Below, one piece after another: positions 1-7,857 of a DNA stretch of 32,000 nt. The translations under genes were made by a program, and so were the position numbers. The notes below the pieces were generated by a model. It was given only the letters and a program-made list of their open reading frames with translations. It ran no database searches and had not been told where the DNA came from. Position 1 is the stretch's first letter, and each line of letters starts with the position of its first letter. This DNA is from Schaalia meyeri (GTDB lineage Bacteria > Actinomycetota > Actinomycetes > Actinomycetales > Actinomycetaceae), in contig NZ_FNLK01000014.1 in assembly GCF_900105015.1 (NCBI RefSeq), positions 130,820 to 162,819 of the forward strand. Reading direction: 5' to 3'.

Positions 1-759
1 GTCGCGCACCACCGGGGAAGCGAAGCCCCCGCGCGCTTCCACGCTGCTGACCCACGCGATCAGACGGACATCGACTTCGATGAGGTCAACGATAAACAAC
101 ACTACGCGCTTTACTCGGCGTTTAGCCTGGCCGATTCTCTGCCCGCTAACGACGACGAGCGCGGCCGCATGGTCGAAGAGTCGTTGGACTACGTGCGCGC
201 ATCCGGGGCAGAGATCCGCGGCTTCTACGACGTATCGGGCTTCCGCGCCGAGGCGGACCTGCTGGTCTGGTGGCTCGATGACGACCCTCGTGTCCTCCAG
301 GACGCATACCACCGACTTCGCGCTTCCGCCCTGGGTAAAATCCTTGACCCGGTGTGGAGCTGCATGGGCCTCCACACGCCGGCGGAGTTTAACCGCCGCC
401 ACATTCCCGCCTGCTTCGGGGGTGTCGCTCCACGTGACTGGGTGATGGTTTACCCCTTTGTGCGCTCCTATGACTGGTACCTGAAGGACCCCGCCGAGCG
501 TTCCCGCATCATGGCGGAGCATGGGCGTAACGGCTTCTCCCAGTACCCCGACGTCAAGGGATCCACCCTGTCCGCATTTGGTTTCTCGGATTACGAATGG
601 GTTCTTGCATTCGAGGCTGATACGCTAGACCGGCTGGAAGGAGTCATACACGCGCAGCGCTATACAGAGGCGCGCCTGTACGTGCGTGAAGACACCCCTT
701 TCTTCACCGGTCCTCGCGTGACTCTCGCGCAGTGGGCCGAGCATCAACCACGATCCTAA
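1..759 (+). CDS. hemQ: Coproheme decarboxylase HemQ/ChdC (chlorite-dismutase family), 5'-partial
   Basis: Frame 1 is open from nt 1 with no ATG/GTG/TTG before 169, so the start lies upstream of the window. The translation matches actinobacterial HemQ along its length (from memory of M. tuberculosis Rv2676c): YDVSGFRAEADLLVWW, PAEFNRRHIPA, VYPFVRSYDWYL, DYEWVLAFEA, TPFFTGPRV. Confidence 0.9.
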   Translation, partial: VAHHRGSEAPARFHAADPRDQTDIDFDEVNDKQHYALYSAFSLADSLPANDDERGRMVEESLDYVRASGAEIRGFYDVSGFRAEADLLVWWLDDDPRVLQDAYHRLRASALGKILDPVWSCMGLHTPAEFNRRHIPACFGGVAPRDWVMVYPFVRSYDWYLKDPAERSRIMAEHGRNGFSQYPDVKGSTLSAFGFSDYEWVLAFEADTLDRLEGVIHAQRYTEARLYVREDTPFFTGPRVTLAQWAEHQPRS

Positions 760-769
760 GGAGACACTC

Positions 770-1120
770 ATGGGCATGCGTACGACAACGCAATCATTCC
801 AGATTAACCAGCCGTACGAACAGTTGTTCCATGCGGCAGCGTCGGCCGTTCAGGCGATCGATAAGGCCACTTTGACCAACGCCGACATGAACGGCCGCGT
901 CGTCACGTTTGAAACACCGATGGGCATGTTCTCGTGGGGTGAGCGCGTCGTCGTCGGCTTCATCCCCGTCGAGGAAGGCACTGTCCTCGAGATCACGTGC
1001 TCCACGAAGGGCCTGCCGAACCTCCTGCAGGATAGCCGCAACCGTTCGATGAATGCGCGCTTTATCACCGCGCTGTCGAACCTGGTCCAGGCCCCCGCCA
1101 CCGAGGTGGCCAGGTCCTGA
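770..1120 (+). CDS. Hypothetical protein (116 aa), probably co-transcribed with hemQ
   Basis: ATG at 770 is preceded by AAGGAG (758-763) and lies 10 nt after the hemQ stop. Amino-acid composition is ordinary and a terminator-like hairpin follows. No family recognised. Confidence 0.6.
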   Translation: MGMRTTTQSFQINQPYEQLFHAAASAVQAIDKATLTNADMNGRVVTFETPMGMFSWGERVVVGFIPVEEGTVLEITCSTKGLPNLLQDSRNRSMNARFITALSNLVQAPATEVARS

Positions 1121-1134
1121 CGCCTCTTTTCCGT

Positions 1135-1174
1135 GACGGATCCCCGGTCTCGCGTGCAAGGCCGGGGATCCGTC
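1135..1174. terminator. Bidirectional terminator-like hairpin between convergent genes
   Basis: Perfect 13-bp inverted repeat GACGGATCCCCGG (1135-1147) / CCGGGGATCCGTC (1162-1174) with a 14-nt loop. A second small stem TCCCC/GGGGA lies at 1186-1200. No clear U-tract. Confidence 0.5.
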
Positions 1175-1205
1175 TGCGGTGGGCGTCCCCGCGCAGGGGA
1201 ATGCT

Positions 1206-1667
1206 CTAGGCAAGGGGGCTGTTCGGGTCGCCCGGAGGGTACCTTTGAAGGTACTGGCGTTGCAGCTCTTCGAGGAGCTCGCGGTTCATGTCCTTGAAGG
1301 GGTTGCGCCAGCCCTCCTGGTGTAGCTCAAACCCGCACGAGAGGGAGATATCGATGGGGATGCGGTCTTCCGCCAGCGGGGGAAGCTCGTCAATGGGGGT
1401 GCCCGTCGTGAGCGCGCACAGGAAACGGAAGTCCTGCTCGTTGCGCTCCCGGTTGATGCGCCTGATCCTGGTGGCCTCCCGGATAGCGTCCGTTATCTCG
1501 TGGATGTCGTTGATGGCCTCCGCATCCTCGGGGTGGTCCGCGGCCATACTGCGCGGGTAGGCGGCCGCGCAGGCTTCCAGCGTGGCCAGTTCCTGGTCCG
1601 TCGGAATCGGGATACTCAGGGCGCAGGCGAGGTTGCCCAGTGCTGCGAGGAGATGTTCGGCGGACAT
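1206..1667 (-). CDS. Hypothetical acidic, predicted helical protein (153 aa), coupled to the upstream S8-like gene
   Basis: ATG at 1667 lies 3 nt after the TGA (1671-1673) of the S8-like ORF. No TM segment, signal peptide or recognisable motif. The antisense ORFs here are R/P-rich junk. Confidence 0.55.
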   Translation of the reverse strand: MSAEHLLAALGNLACALSIPIPTDQELATLEACAAAYPRSMAADHPEDAEAINDIHEITDAIREATRIRRINRERNEQDFRFLCALTTGTPIDELPPLAEDRIPIDISLSCGFELHQEGWRNPFKDMNRELLEELQRQYLQRYPPGDPNSPLA

Positions 1668-1670
1668 GAT

Positions 1671-2504
1671 TCACCAGTGGTATCGGGGGCTGGTTGCGGT
1701 GTGGGTGGGGTGGATGTTCGTGGCGGCTTTTAGCTGATTCTCGTCCAGGCCGCGGTACGCGTAGGAGGAGTCTCCTTCTATCTCGGAAGGGCTGGTGAGG
1801 CCGTCCGCGTACTGCTGGACCTCCTCCGCAGTTGGGGAGGTGGCGCGGCCCCTGGCCTTGTCCACCAGGGGGTTCTCGTCGGGGCACTGGGGCGGATCAA
1901 TGTTGAGCATCGCGCCGATGCCCACGCCCCCCGACCACCTGTCGAGGGAGTTAGTTGAGAAGACATCATCACCATTGTTTCCCGCGCCGACAACGACGAG
2001 TACCCCTTTGCTCAGGGCGTGAGCCATAGCCCATTTGATATCGCTTGAACCAGTTTCAGAGATACTGATGAGCTGGGCGCCATCCTTGATTACACGGTTT
2101 ATCGCTGCCGCGTGTCCCGCCATAGCGCTTCCGTGCTTATCCCGGCAGTCATCACCTCGTATGTCCCCAGTCTTCGTTATCGCTGTCCGGTATGTCAATA
2201 CCGATGCCTGGGGTGCTACCCCGTATGCAGGTGAGGCGAGAACTGAGGCGACGGCGGTGCCGTGTCTCTTGCTCGTCAGGCTGGATGCGATGGCGCAGGG
2301 GATTTTGTCGGTGAAAGACGGGCTGGTGAGCTCGGGGGCGCCGGTGTCGCCCTGGCCGGGGTAGCCTTTGGCTCTGGTGTGAATGAGGTGGTAGGAGTCG
2401 TAGTAGGGCTGGTGGGCTGCCGTGATGGTGTTGGCGGTGCGCGTGTTTACCATTGGCGGGGGTCCCATCCGTCGTCTTTTCGTGCGGAACAGATCGTCGC
2501 TCAC
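1671..2504 (-). CDS. Divergent subtilisin/mycosin-like S8 peptidase domain protein (277 aa), no signal peptide or propeptide
   Basis: S8 motifs occur in the right order and spacing: GQGD53TG (Asp), H81GTAVASVLA (His), AINRVIKDGAQLISIS, VVVGAGN176NGDD (oxyanion Asn). The canonical GTSxAxP Ser motif is absent; the only candidate is RATS223PTA. The 277-aa length is about that of a bare subtilisin catalytic domain. GTG start at 2504. Confidence 0.65.
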   Translation of the reverse strand: MSDDLFRTKRRRMGPPPMVNTRTANTITAAHQPYYDSYHLIHTRAKGYPGQGDTGAPELTSPSFTDKIPCAIASSLTSKRHGTAVASVLASPAYGVAPQASVLTYRTAITKTGDIRGDDCRDKHGSAMAGHAAAINRVIKDGAQLISISETGSSDIKWAMAHALSKGVLVVVGAGNNGDDVFSTNSLDRWSGGVGIGAMLNIDPPQCPDENPLVDKARGRATSPTAEEVQQYADGLTSPSEIEGDSSYAYRGLDENQLKAATNIHPTHTATSPRYHW

Positions 2505-2709
2505 GCGCGCCTCCTGTGGATGTGGTCCCCGCGAAGACGAGCTCTGCGGGATGATGACGGATCAGGGCAAGCATATTCCGAAACGCAAAATTGGACAAAG
2601 CATGTCCATGGCGTTTACCGAACTATGTCCGATGAATCGGGGACGTGGGGCTTGGAGGGCCATCAGACAAATGCCTTGGTGTCACACGTGAAAGAATCGG
2701 CACGGCCTT

Positions 2710-3225
2710 TTGGGAGGCGCCGGTTGTGTTCCCATGGAAGCGGGCATCGTGGTCCCGAGGCGCGGGTTTGGGATGGTCACCCTCATCCGTGAACCGGATC
2801 CATCTGAACAGTGCTCTGAGGTGGAAGCCGTGATCCTTAACGACCAAGGGATCGATAAGTCCTACGTAGCAACGGAAAGTCCTGTCTACGAAGGAGACAT
2901 CATCGAGTTTCCTGATCCGCGTGGTGGCACGATGCAGTTTTTCGCTGAAAAGGTCGTTATCAACGATCTGCCCAACGGTCCCTTTGCTGATATGGCTGAC
3001 ACAGAAGTTTACCTCAGCAAGGAGTTGTCGCCACGCAAGGCTCCAGTGAGGCGAATCAGCTTTGAGGGGTTGCATCCTGCGGTGGTAGAGGCAAGCGCAG
3101 GCATGTTCGCTGATGGCCATTTCAGTCAGGCTGTGGGCGAAGCCTTCAAGTCAGTCGAGGTTCGGGTTTGTCGAGTTCTTCCCGGTAGTGGCGATAGGCG
3201 GCTTGCCGGTTGTCGAGGTCGCTGA
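2710..3225 (+). pseudogene. TIGR02391 / Abi_C (HEPN-type abortive-infection-like) family gene, 3'-truncated
   Basis: LHPAVVEASAGMFADGHFSQAVGEAFKSVEVRV matches the N-terminal half of the TIGR02391/Abi_C signature as I remember it. The family pattern is lost after about 3165 and the ORF stops at 3225, before the expected RNxxxH motif. The true start is uncertain (2710 GTG-type, 2733 or 2772 ATG). The region is visibly lower in GC than its flanks. Confidence 0.5.
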
Positions 3226-3564
3226 TCTGGGTGCGGTGGCGATGGGGCACCTGGGTATTTTCGCCCTTTCGTTCGGTTGATACATCGGGTTGTTCTCCCT
3301 GCTGCTCATGGTGGTCGCGGCCGTTTTCCAGGCCCTGGGGCTGAAGAAGTCCCAGGGTGGAGCCGCAGGCTCCCAGCCGGGAAGGGCACTCCGGCGCAGT
3401 CCCCGCTCTCGCCAGCGTACTGCGCACCCGGGCGAACACCTTGCCGCCTCACGGGCTCCGCCCCGGGCGCTTCCGCAAGGTCACCTGCGTCCCGTCGGAA
3501 CCAGGATGTCTGTGGTGCGGCGCAACAGGTTCGGGCGCGCCTCGTCGGGGCTGCGCGATGAGCA

Positions 3565-3594
3565 TTGACACGAAGGGGGGAAGCGCAGTATAGT
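3565..3594 (+). promoter_or_regulatory. Sigma70-type promoter for the TetR/ABC operon
   Basis: TTGACA (3565-3570), an 18-nt spacer, then TATAGT (3589-3594), about 70 nt upstream of the TetR ATG. Confidence 0.5.
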
Positions 3595-3601
3595 CACTAT
3601 T

Positions 3602-3618
3602 ACCGACTGACGGTCGGT
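3602..3618 (+). promoter_or_regulatory. Candidate TetR operator (inverted repeat just downstream of the -10)
   Basis: ACCGAC-TGACG-GTCGGT is a perfect 6-bp inverted repeat with a 5-bp spacer, at or near the predicted transcription start. Confidence 0.4.
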
Positions 3619-3666
3619 CGGTTGATTCGTCCCAGCGGGCTCGCCGCACCCTCCTACGGAGCAGAT

Positions 3667-4347
3667 ATGACACCCAAACCCCGTTCCACCAAGGCGGCGT
3701 CATCGCGCCGCGCGGAGATCCTCGACACGGCGCAGCGTCTATTCGTCGCCAAGGGATTCCAGAACACATCCGTCGAAGACGTCATCGCCGAGATCGGGAT
3801 CGCTAAAGGCACCCTCTACTACCACTTTTCCTCCAAGGATGAGATCCTGCGGGCCCTCATCGACCGGACGACCCAGCAGGTCGCCTCGGACGCCAGGGCC
3901 CTTGCCGAGGGGCCGGGCGGTGCGATCGGCAAGTTCGTCGCCGTGGCCGCCACCAGTCGTGTCGAACAGCCCGAGCGCGAACTTGCCGAGGAGCTCCACG
4001 CCAGTGGCAACGCGCAGTTCCACATCCTCACGATCGTCGAGATGGTCCGCGCCCTCGCGCCCATTCTCACCGACGTCGTGGAACAGGGGATCGCGGAAGG
4101 GGTGTTCTCCACCCCCCACCCCCGCGAAGCCGTCGAGATCCTTCTCACCAGTGCGGGCATGCTGCTGGATGAGGGCATCTTCACCGGCGACCACGAGGAG
4201 CTGGCGCGGCGGACCCGTGGGATCCTCCACGCTGCTGAGACACTGCTTGGCTGCGAACCCGGAGCCCTCGCCTCCGCGGCCGCGGGCGGCTCCCAGCCGC
4301 TTCCCCATACCAATGCGGAGGCACCCCAGTGCTGCTCAGACTCCTGA
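3667..4347 (+). CDS. TetR/AcrR family transcriptional regulator
   Basis: N-terminal HTH: RRAEILDTAQRLFVAKGFQNTSVEDVIAEIGIAKGTLYYHFSSKDEIL. ATG 3667 is preceded by GGAG. The supplied ORF starts at a TTG that coincides with the -35 box, so I chose the internal ATG. Confidence 0.9.
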   Translation: MTPKPRSTKAASSRRAEILDTAQRLFVAKGFQNTSVEDVIAEIGIAKGTLYYHFSSKDEILRALIDRTTQQVASDARALAEGPGGAIGKFVAVAATSRVEQPERELAEELHASGNAQFHILTIVEMVRALAPILTDVVEQGIAEGVFSTPHPREAVEILLTSAGMLLDEGIFTGDHEELARRTRGILHAAETLLGCEPGALASAAAGGSQPLPHTNAEAPQCCSDS

Positions 4348-6638
4348 AAGCCGATCTCGCCCGCGGGCGGGCGGTGGCCGCAGTGCTGGTCGCCCTTGTC
4401 ACGTTGGCGGCGACTCTCGCCTCCGCGAGCGCCTCCCTCATCATCGATACGGTCTCCGCAGCCGACCGCCTGTCGGAGCGCGCCAGGGTCCCCGACCTCG
4501 TCCAGATGCACACCGGCGAGGCGGACTCCCGCGCGATCGCGGAATGGGCGGACTCGCGCGCGGACGTCGAGGACTACATGGTCATGCGGACACTGCCAGT
4601 CCCCCGGGCGCAGCTCTCGATCGGGGGAGCCGTCCAGGCCGCCTCGTACCTGGAGCCCGCGTTCGTCACCGCGCCCGAGCGCATCGATCTGCTGCTCGAC
4701 GAGAACGGTGAGCGCGTGCTGCCCGATCCGGGGCAGGTCTACTTGCCGATCCACTACAAGGCGGCGGGGATCGCCGAGGCCGGGGACACGGTCACGGTGG
4801 ACACGGGGGAATGGCGGATCGACTTGCGCGTGGCCGGTTTCCTCCGTGACGCGCAGATGAACGCCGCGATGGTCCCCTCCAAGCGGCTGGTCGTCAATCC
4901 CGAGGATTTCTCCTCGTTGGACGAGCACATCGCTGAACCTGAGTACCTCATCGAATTCGACCTGGCCGACGGGGCCAGTGCCGCCGCCGTCAGCGAGCAG
5001 TACAAGGCCGCTGGGCTCCCCAGTACCGGGATCGCGGTGACCGCGTCGCAGATCCAACTGATGAACGCGTTGTCCACGATGCTCATCGCCGCGGTCGCAC
5101 TGGTGGTGGCCGGCGTGCTCGCCGCCGTGGCGGTGCTGGCCCTGCGCTACACGGTCCTGGCCGCCCTCGAGACGGACCTGCCCCAGGTGGCGGTGCTCAA
5201 GGCGATCGGCGCCCCCCAGGCGGGCATCCGGCGCCTCTACCTGCTCAAGTACGCGGTCATCGCCGCAGTGGGCGGTGGCGTCGGCTACGCGCTGTCCCAT
5301 CTGCTCGCCTCGTCCCTGCTTGCGCCGACCACCCTTTACCTCGGCACGCCGCCAGTGACGGTGGGCGGCGCCGTAGGGCCCGTCCTGGTGGCGGCGGGCT
5401 TGGTGGCGGTGGTCGTCGGTTCTGCGTGGTTGGTTCTGCGCCGACTAGGCAGGATCAGCGCAGTGGAGGCCCTTCGCAGCGGGACCAGCGGACGCTCGGG
5501 ACGGCCTCGCCGCCGGTGGAGGCTCTCGCGCGCCCGCCTGCTCGGCCCGCACGCGTGGCTCGGGGTGCGCGAGGCCCTGCGCCCCGCGAACGCCCTCCTG
5601 CTCGGAGTCCTGGCCCTGTGCGCCTTCACCGCGGTGCTGCCCATGAACGTGTCGACGACCCTGGCCGACCCCCGGAGCGCGACGTACCTGGGGGTGGGCC
5701 AGGCGGATCTGCGGGTCGATGCGCGCGCCGGCGTCGCGGACATCGAGGAGATCGCCCAGGACTTTGCCGCCGACCCGCGGATCGCGAAACACGTCGTCAT
5801 CATGCGCAGGGACTACACGATGCTCAACAAGGATGGCGCATGGGCGTCAGTGCTCATCGACATCGGGGACCACAGTGCCTTCCCGGTGAACTACATGTCG
5901 GGGCGCGAGCCCCTGAACGATCAGGAGATCGCCCTGTCCCACAGCCAGGCGGCCGAGGCGGGCGCCGCCATCGGCGCGACGGTGACAGTCAAGGGCTCCC
6001 AGGGAGAGAGGGACCTCGCAGTCGTCGGGGTGTACCAGGACATCACCAACAACGGGCTCACCGCGAAGGCGGTCTTTGACGACTCCACTCCCGCGCTGTG
6101 GCAGCTCATGTACGCGGACGTGGCGGGCGGAGAGGACGCGCGGGAGGTCGCACAAGACCTCGCGCGCGAGCACCCGGGGGCGCAGGTCGTGGAGATGGGC
6201 GAGTACGCCTCGCAGTTTTTCGGGGCCGCCCAGTCGCAAGTGAACGTCCTGGCGGCGATGGCCCTCGTGATATCCCTCGGGCTCGCGTTCCTCATCACAG
6301 CCCTCTACTCCGTCCTGGTCCTCGCCCGTGAGCGCGGGAGGATCGCCGTTCTGCGCGCCCTTGGCTCGACCGTGCGTTCCATCGCGGGCCAGTACTTCAT
6401 GCGCTTCGGCGTGGTGGCAGCGATCGGGGTCGCCCTGGGGGTTGCGATGGCGGTGACCGCCGGCGAATGGGCCGTGGGGCTGGTCCTCGCGAACCGCGGG
6501 GCCCCCGATCTGCACCTGCTGGCCGATCCACTGCTGATAGGGGTGGTGGTGCCGACGGGGATCCTGTCCGCCACCGCCATGGCAGTGGGGCTCGCGCTCA
6601 GGCCCCTGCCCTCCATCACCCTGACCGACACCGACTGA
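4329..6638 (+). CDS. ABC transporter permease, duplicated FtsX/MacB-type (769 aa)
   Basis: Two hydrophobic FtsX-like 4-TM modules, each preceded by a large soluble domain. The GTG start overlaps the end of the TetR gene. An ABC ATPase gene follows directly. Confidence 0.9.
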   Translation: MLLRLLKADLARGRAVAAVLVALVTLAATLASASASLIIDTVSAADRLSERARVPDLVQMHTGEADSRAIAEWADSRADVEDYMVMRTLPVPRAQLSIGGAVQAASYLEPAFVTAPERIDLLLDENGERVLPDPGQVYLPIHYKAAGIAEAGDTVTVDTGEWRIDLRVAGFLRDAQMNAAMVPSKRLVVNPEDFSSLDEHIAEPEYLIEFDLADGASAAAVSEQYKAAGLPSTGIAVTASQIQLMNALSTMLIAAVALVVAGVLAAVAVLALRYTVLAALETDLPQVAVLKAIGAPQAGIRRLYLLKYAVIAAVGGGVGYALSHLLASSLLAPTTLYLGTPPVTVGGAVGPVLVAAGLVAVVVGSAWLVLRRLGRISAVEALRSGTSGRSGRPRRRWRLSRARLLGPHAWLGVREALRPANALLLGVLALCAFTAVLPMNVSTTLADPRSATYLGVGQADLRVDARAGVADIEEIAQDFAADPRIAKHVVIMRRDYTMLNKDGAWASVLIDIGDHSAFPVNYMSGREPLNDQEIALSHSQAAEAGAAIGATVTVKGSQGERDLAVVGVYQDITNNGLTAKAVFDDSTPALWQLMYADVAGGEDAREVAQDLAREHPGAQVVEMGEYASQFFGAAQSQVNVLAAMALVISLGLAFLITALYSVLVLARERGRIAVLRALGSTVRSIAGQYFMRFGVVAAIGVALGVAMAVTAGEWAVGLVLANRGAPDLHLLADPLLIGVVVPTGILSATAMAVGLALRPLPSITLTDTD

Positions 6639-6647
6639 GGAGTGCCA

Positions 6648-7427
6648 ATGACCACCGAGACAAGCCGCGCCACGACTGGGGGCACGACGCCCGCGTTGAG
6701 TGCCCGCCGTCTGACCAAATCCTACGGGGCGCCCGTTCTGGAGGACTTCGACCTCGACATCGCCGACGGGGAGTTCGTCGCCATTATGGGCCCGTCGGGT
6801 TCGGGGAAATCGACCTTGATGCACTGCCTGAGCGGAATGGACCGGCCCGACTCCGGCAAGGTCGTGGCGCGGGGGCGTGAGATCACGGGACTGGGGGAGA
6901 AGGAGCTGGCATCGCTGAGGCTGACGGAGTTCGGCTTCGTCTTCCAGCAGGCGCACCTCATGGCGACCCTGAACCTGCTGGACAACACCGTCCTTCCAGG
7001 ATTCCTGGCGGGGTTGCGCCCGCGCGACGAGGTCGTGGCGCGCGGACGCGCCCTCATGGAGCAGATGGGGATCAGCGAGTGCGCCTCGAGCGGCGTCACC
7101 GAGGTATCGGGCGGGCAGCTGCAGCGCGCGGGCATCTGCAGGGCCATGATCAACGACCCCGCGATCCTCTTCGCGGACGAGCCCACGGGGGCGCTCAACC
7201 ACTCCGCGGCGACCTCCATCCTCGACCTGTTCGGACGGGTCCACGCCTCGGGCACCACGATAGTGGTTGTCACCCACGATGCGCGCGTCGCGGTCCGCGC
7301 CGACCGCGTGCTGGTCCTGGTCGATGGCAGGATCGTCGAGGATCTGCGCCTGGGGCTCTACGAGGAGACGGCGGCCCAGGCGCGCCTCAAAACGGTGGGC
7401 GCCGCCTTGCACCGCCACTCGGTGTGA
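6648..7427 (+). CDS. ABC transporter ATP-binding protein (MacB/LolD-like)
   Basis: Walker A GPSGSGKST, signature VSGGQLQR, Walker B ILFADEPTGALN, H-loop VVVTHD. GAGGAG (6637-6642) lies 5 nt before ATG 6648; the supplied ORF starts at GTG 6642. Confidence 0.93.
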   Translation: MTTETSRATTGGTTPALSARRLTKSYGAPVLEDFDLDIADGEFVAIMGPSGSGKSTLMHCLSGMDRPDSGKVVARGREITGLGEKELASLRLTEFGFVFQQAHLMATLNLLDNTVLPGFLAGLRPRDEVVARGRALMEQMGISECASSGVTEVSGGQLQRAGICRAMINDPAILFADEPTGALNHSAATSILDLFGRVHASGTTIVVVTHDARVAVRADRVLVLVDGRIVEDLRLGLYEETAAQARLKTVGAALHRHSV

Positions 7428-7499
7428 GCGCCCCGTGGGGGACGGCGCAGGGAACCCGCGCCCGCTTCGTTGCGCAACACCTGGCCACCATGTGGGGAG

Positions 7500-7817
7500 G
7501 GGCGCTGGAACCCCTCCCAGACCTACGCCACGAAGTTCATCAGCCCCTCCTTCGGCTTCGCGATGGGGCGGAACTTCTGGTTCAACTGGGCGATCACCGT
7601 CGCCGCAGACCTGGTGCCCTCGGGCCTGGTCATGTACTACTGGTTCCCCGCCGTGCCCTCGTGGGTGTGGGCGGGAGGGATCCTGGGCGTCGCCGGCGTG
7701 TTCATGATCGCCGGCTTCTCGTTCCAGGGGACGGAGTTGGTCGGCATCGCCGCCAGCGAGTCGAACGTCGCCCAATCCCCCTTCACCCTCGTGTTCACGC
7801 ACCTGGGTGTCGCGGTT
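7500..7817 (+). pseudogene. Relic of an APC-family amino-acid permease (AroP/LysP-like), with large internal deletions
   Basis: SQTYATKFISPSFGFAMGRNFWFNWAITVAADLVPSGLVMYYWFPAVPSWVW, then GFSFQGTELVGIAASES, then SPFTLVFTHLG. These are three conserved permease blocks that normally span more than 250 aa but sit within about 100 aa here. No plausible full-length ORF. Confidence 0.6.
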
Positions 7818-7857
7818 CATGGGCCTGGGCGGGCGGTGACGCCAGCGCCCGACGGCC

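Noticed and set aside
2593-2607. GGACA-N5-TGTCC inverted repeat plus a repeated ATGTCC in the S8/Abi_C divergent region, as a possible operator
   Set aside because: The arms are only 5 bp, which is too short to distinguish from chance without comparative data.
2623-3120. 165-aa minus-strand ORF antisense to the Abi_C-like ORF
   Set aside because: It has no recognisable motif, whereas the plus-strand frame carries the TIGR02391-type signature.
3146-3439. 97-aa minus-strand ORF as a possible rve/DDE transposase 3' remnant
   Set aside because: Only about 25 residues vaguely resemble the YNxxRPH...Y tail, no DDE core is found in any frame upstream, and no terminal inverted repeats were seen. 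It is mentioned as context in a finding but is too weak to annotate.
3819-5300. 493-aa minus-strand ORF over the TetR and permease genes
   Set aside because: Same reasoning: antisense to well-supported genes, with an R/G/D/H-rich low-information translation.
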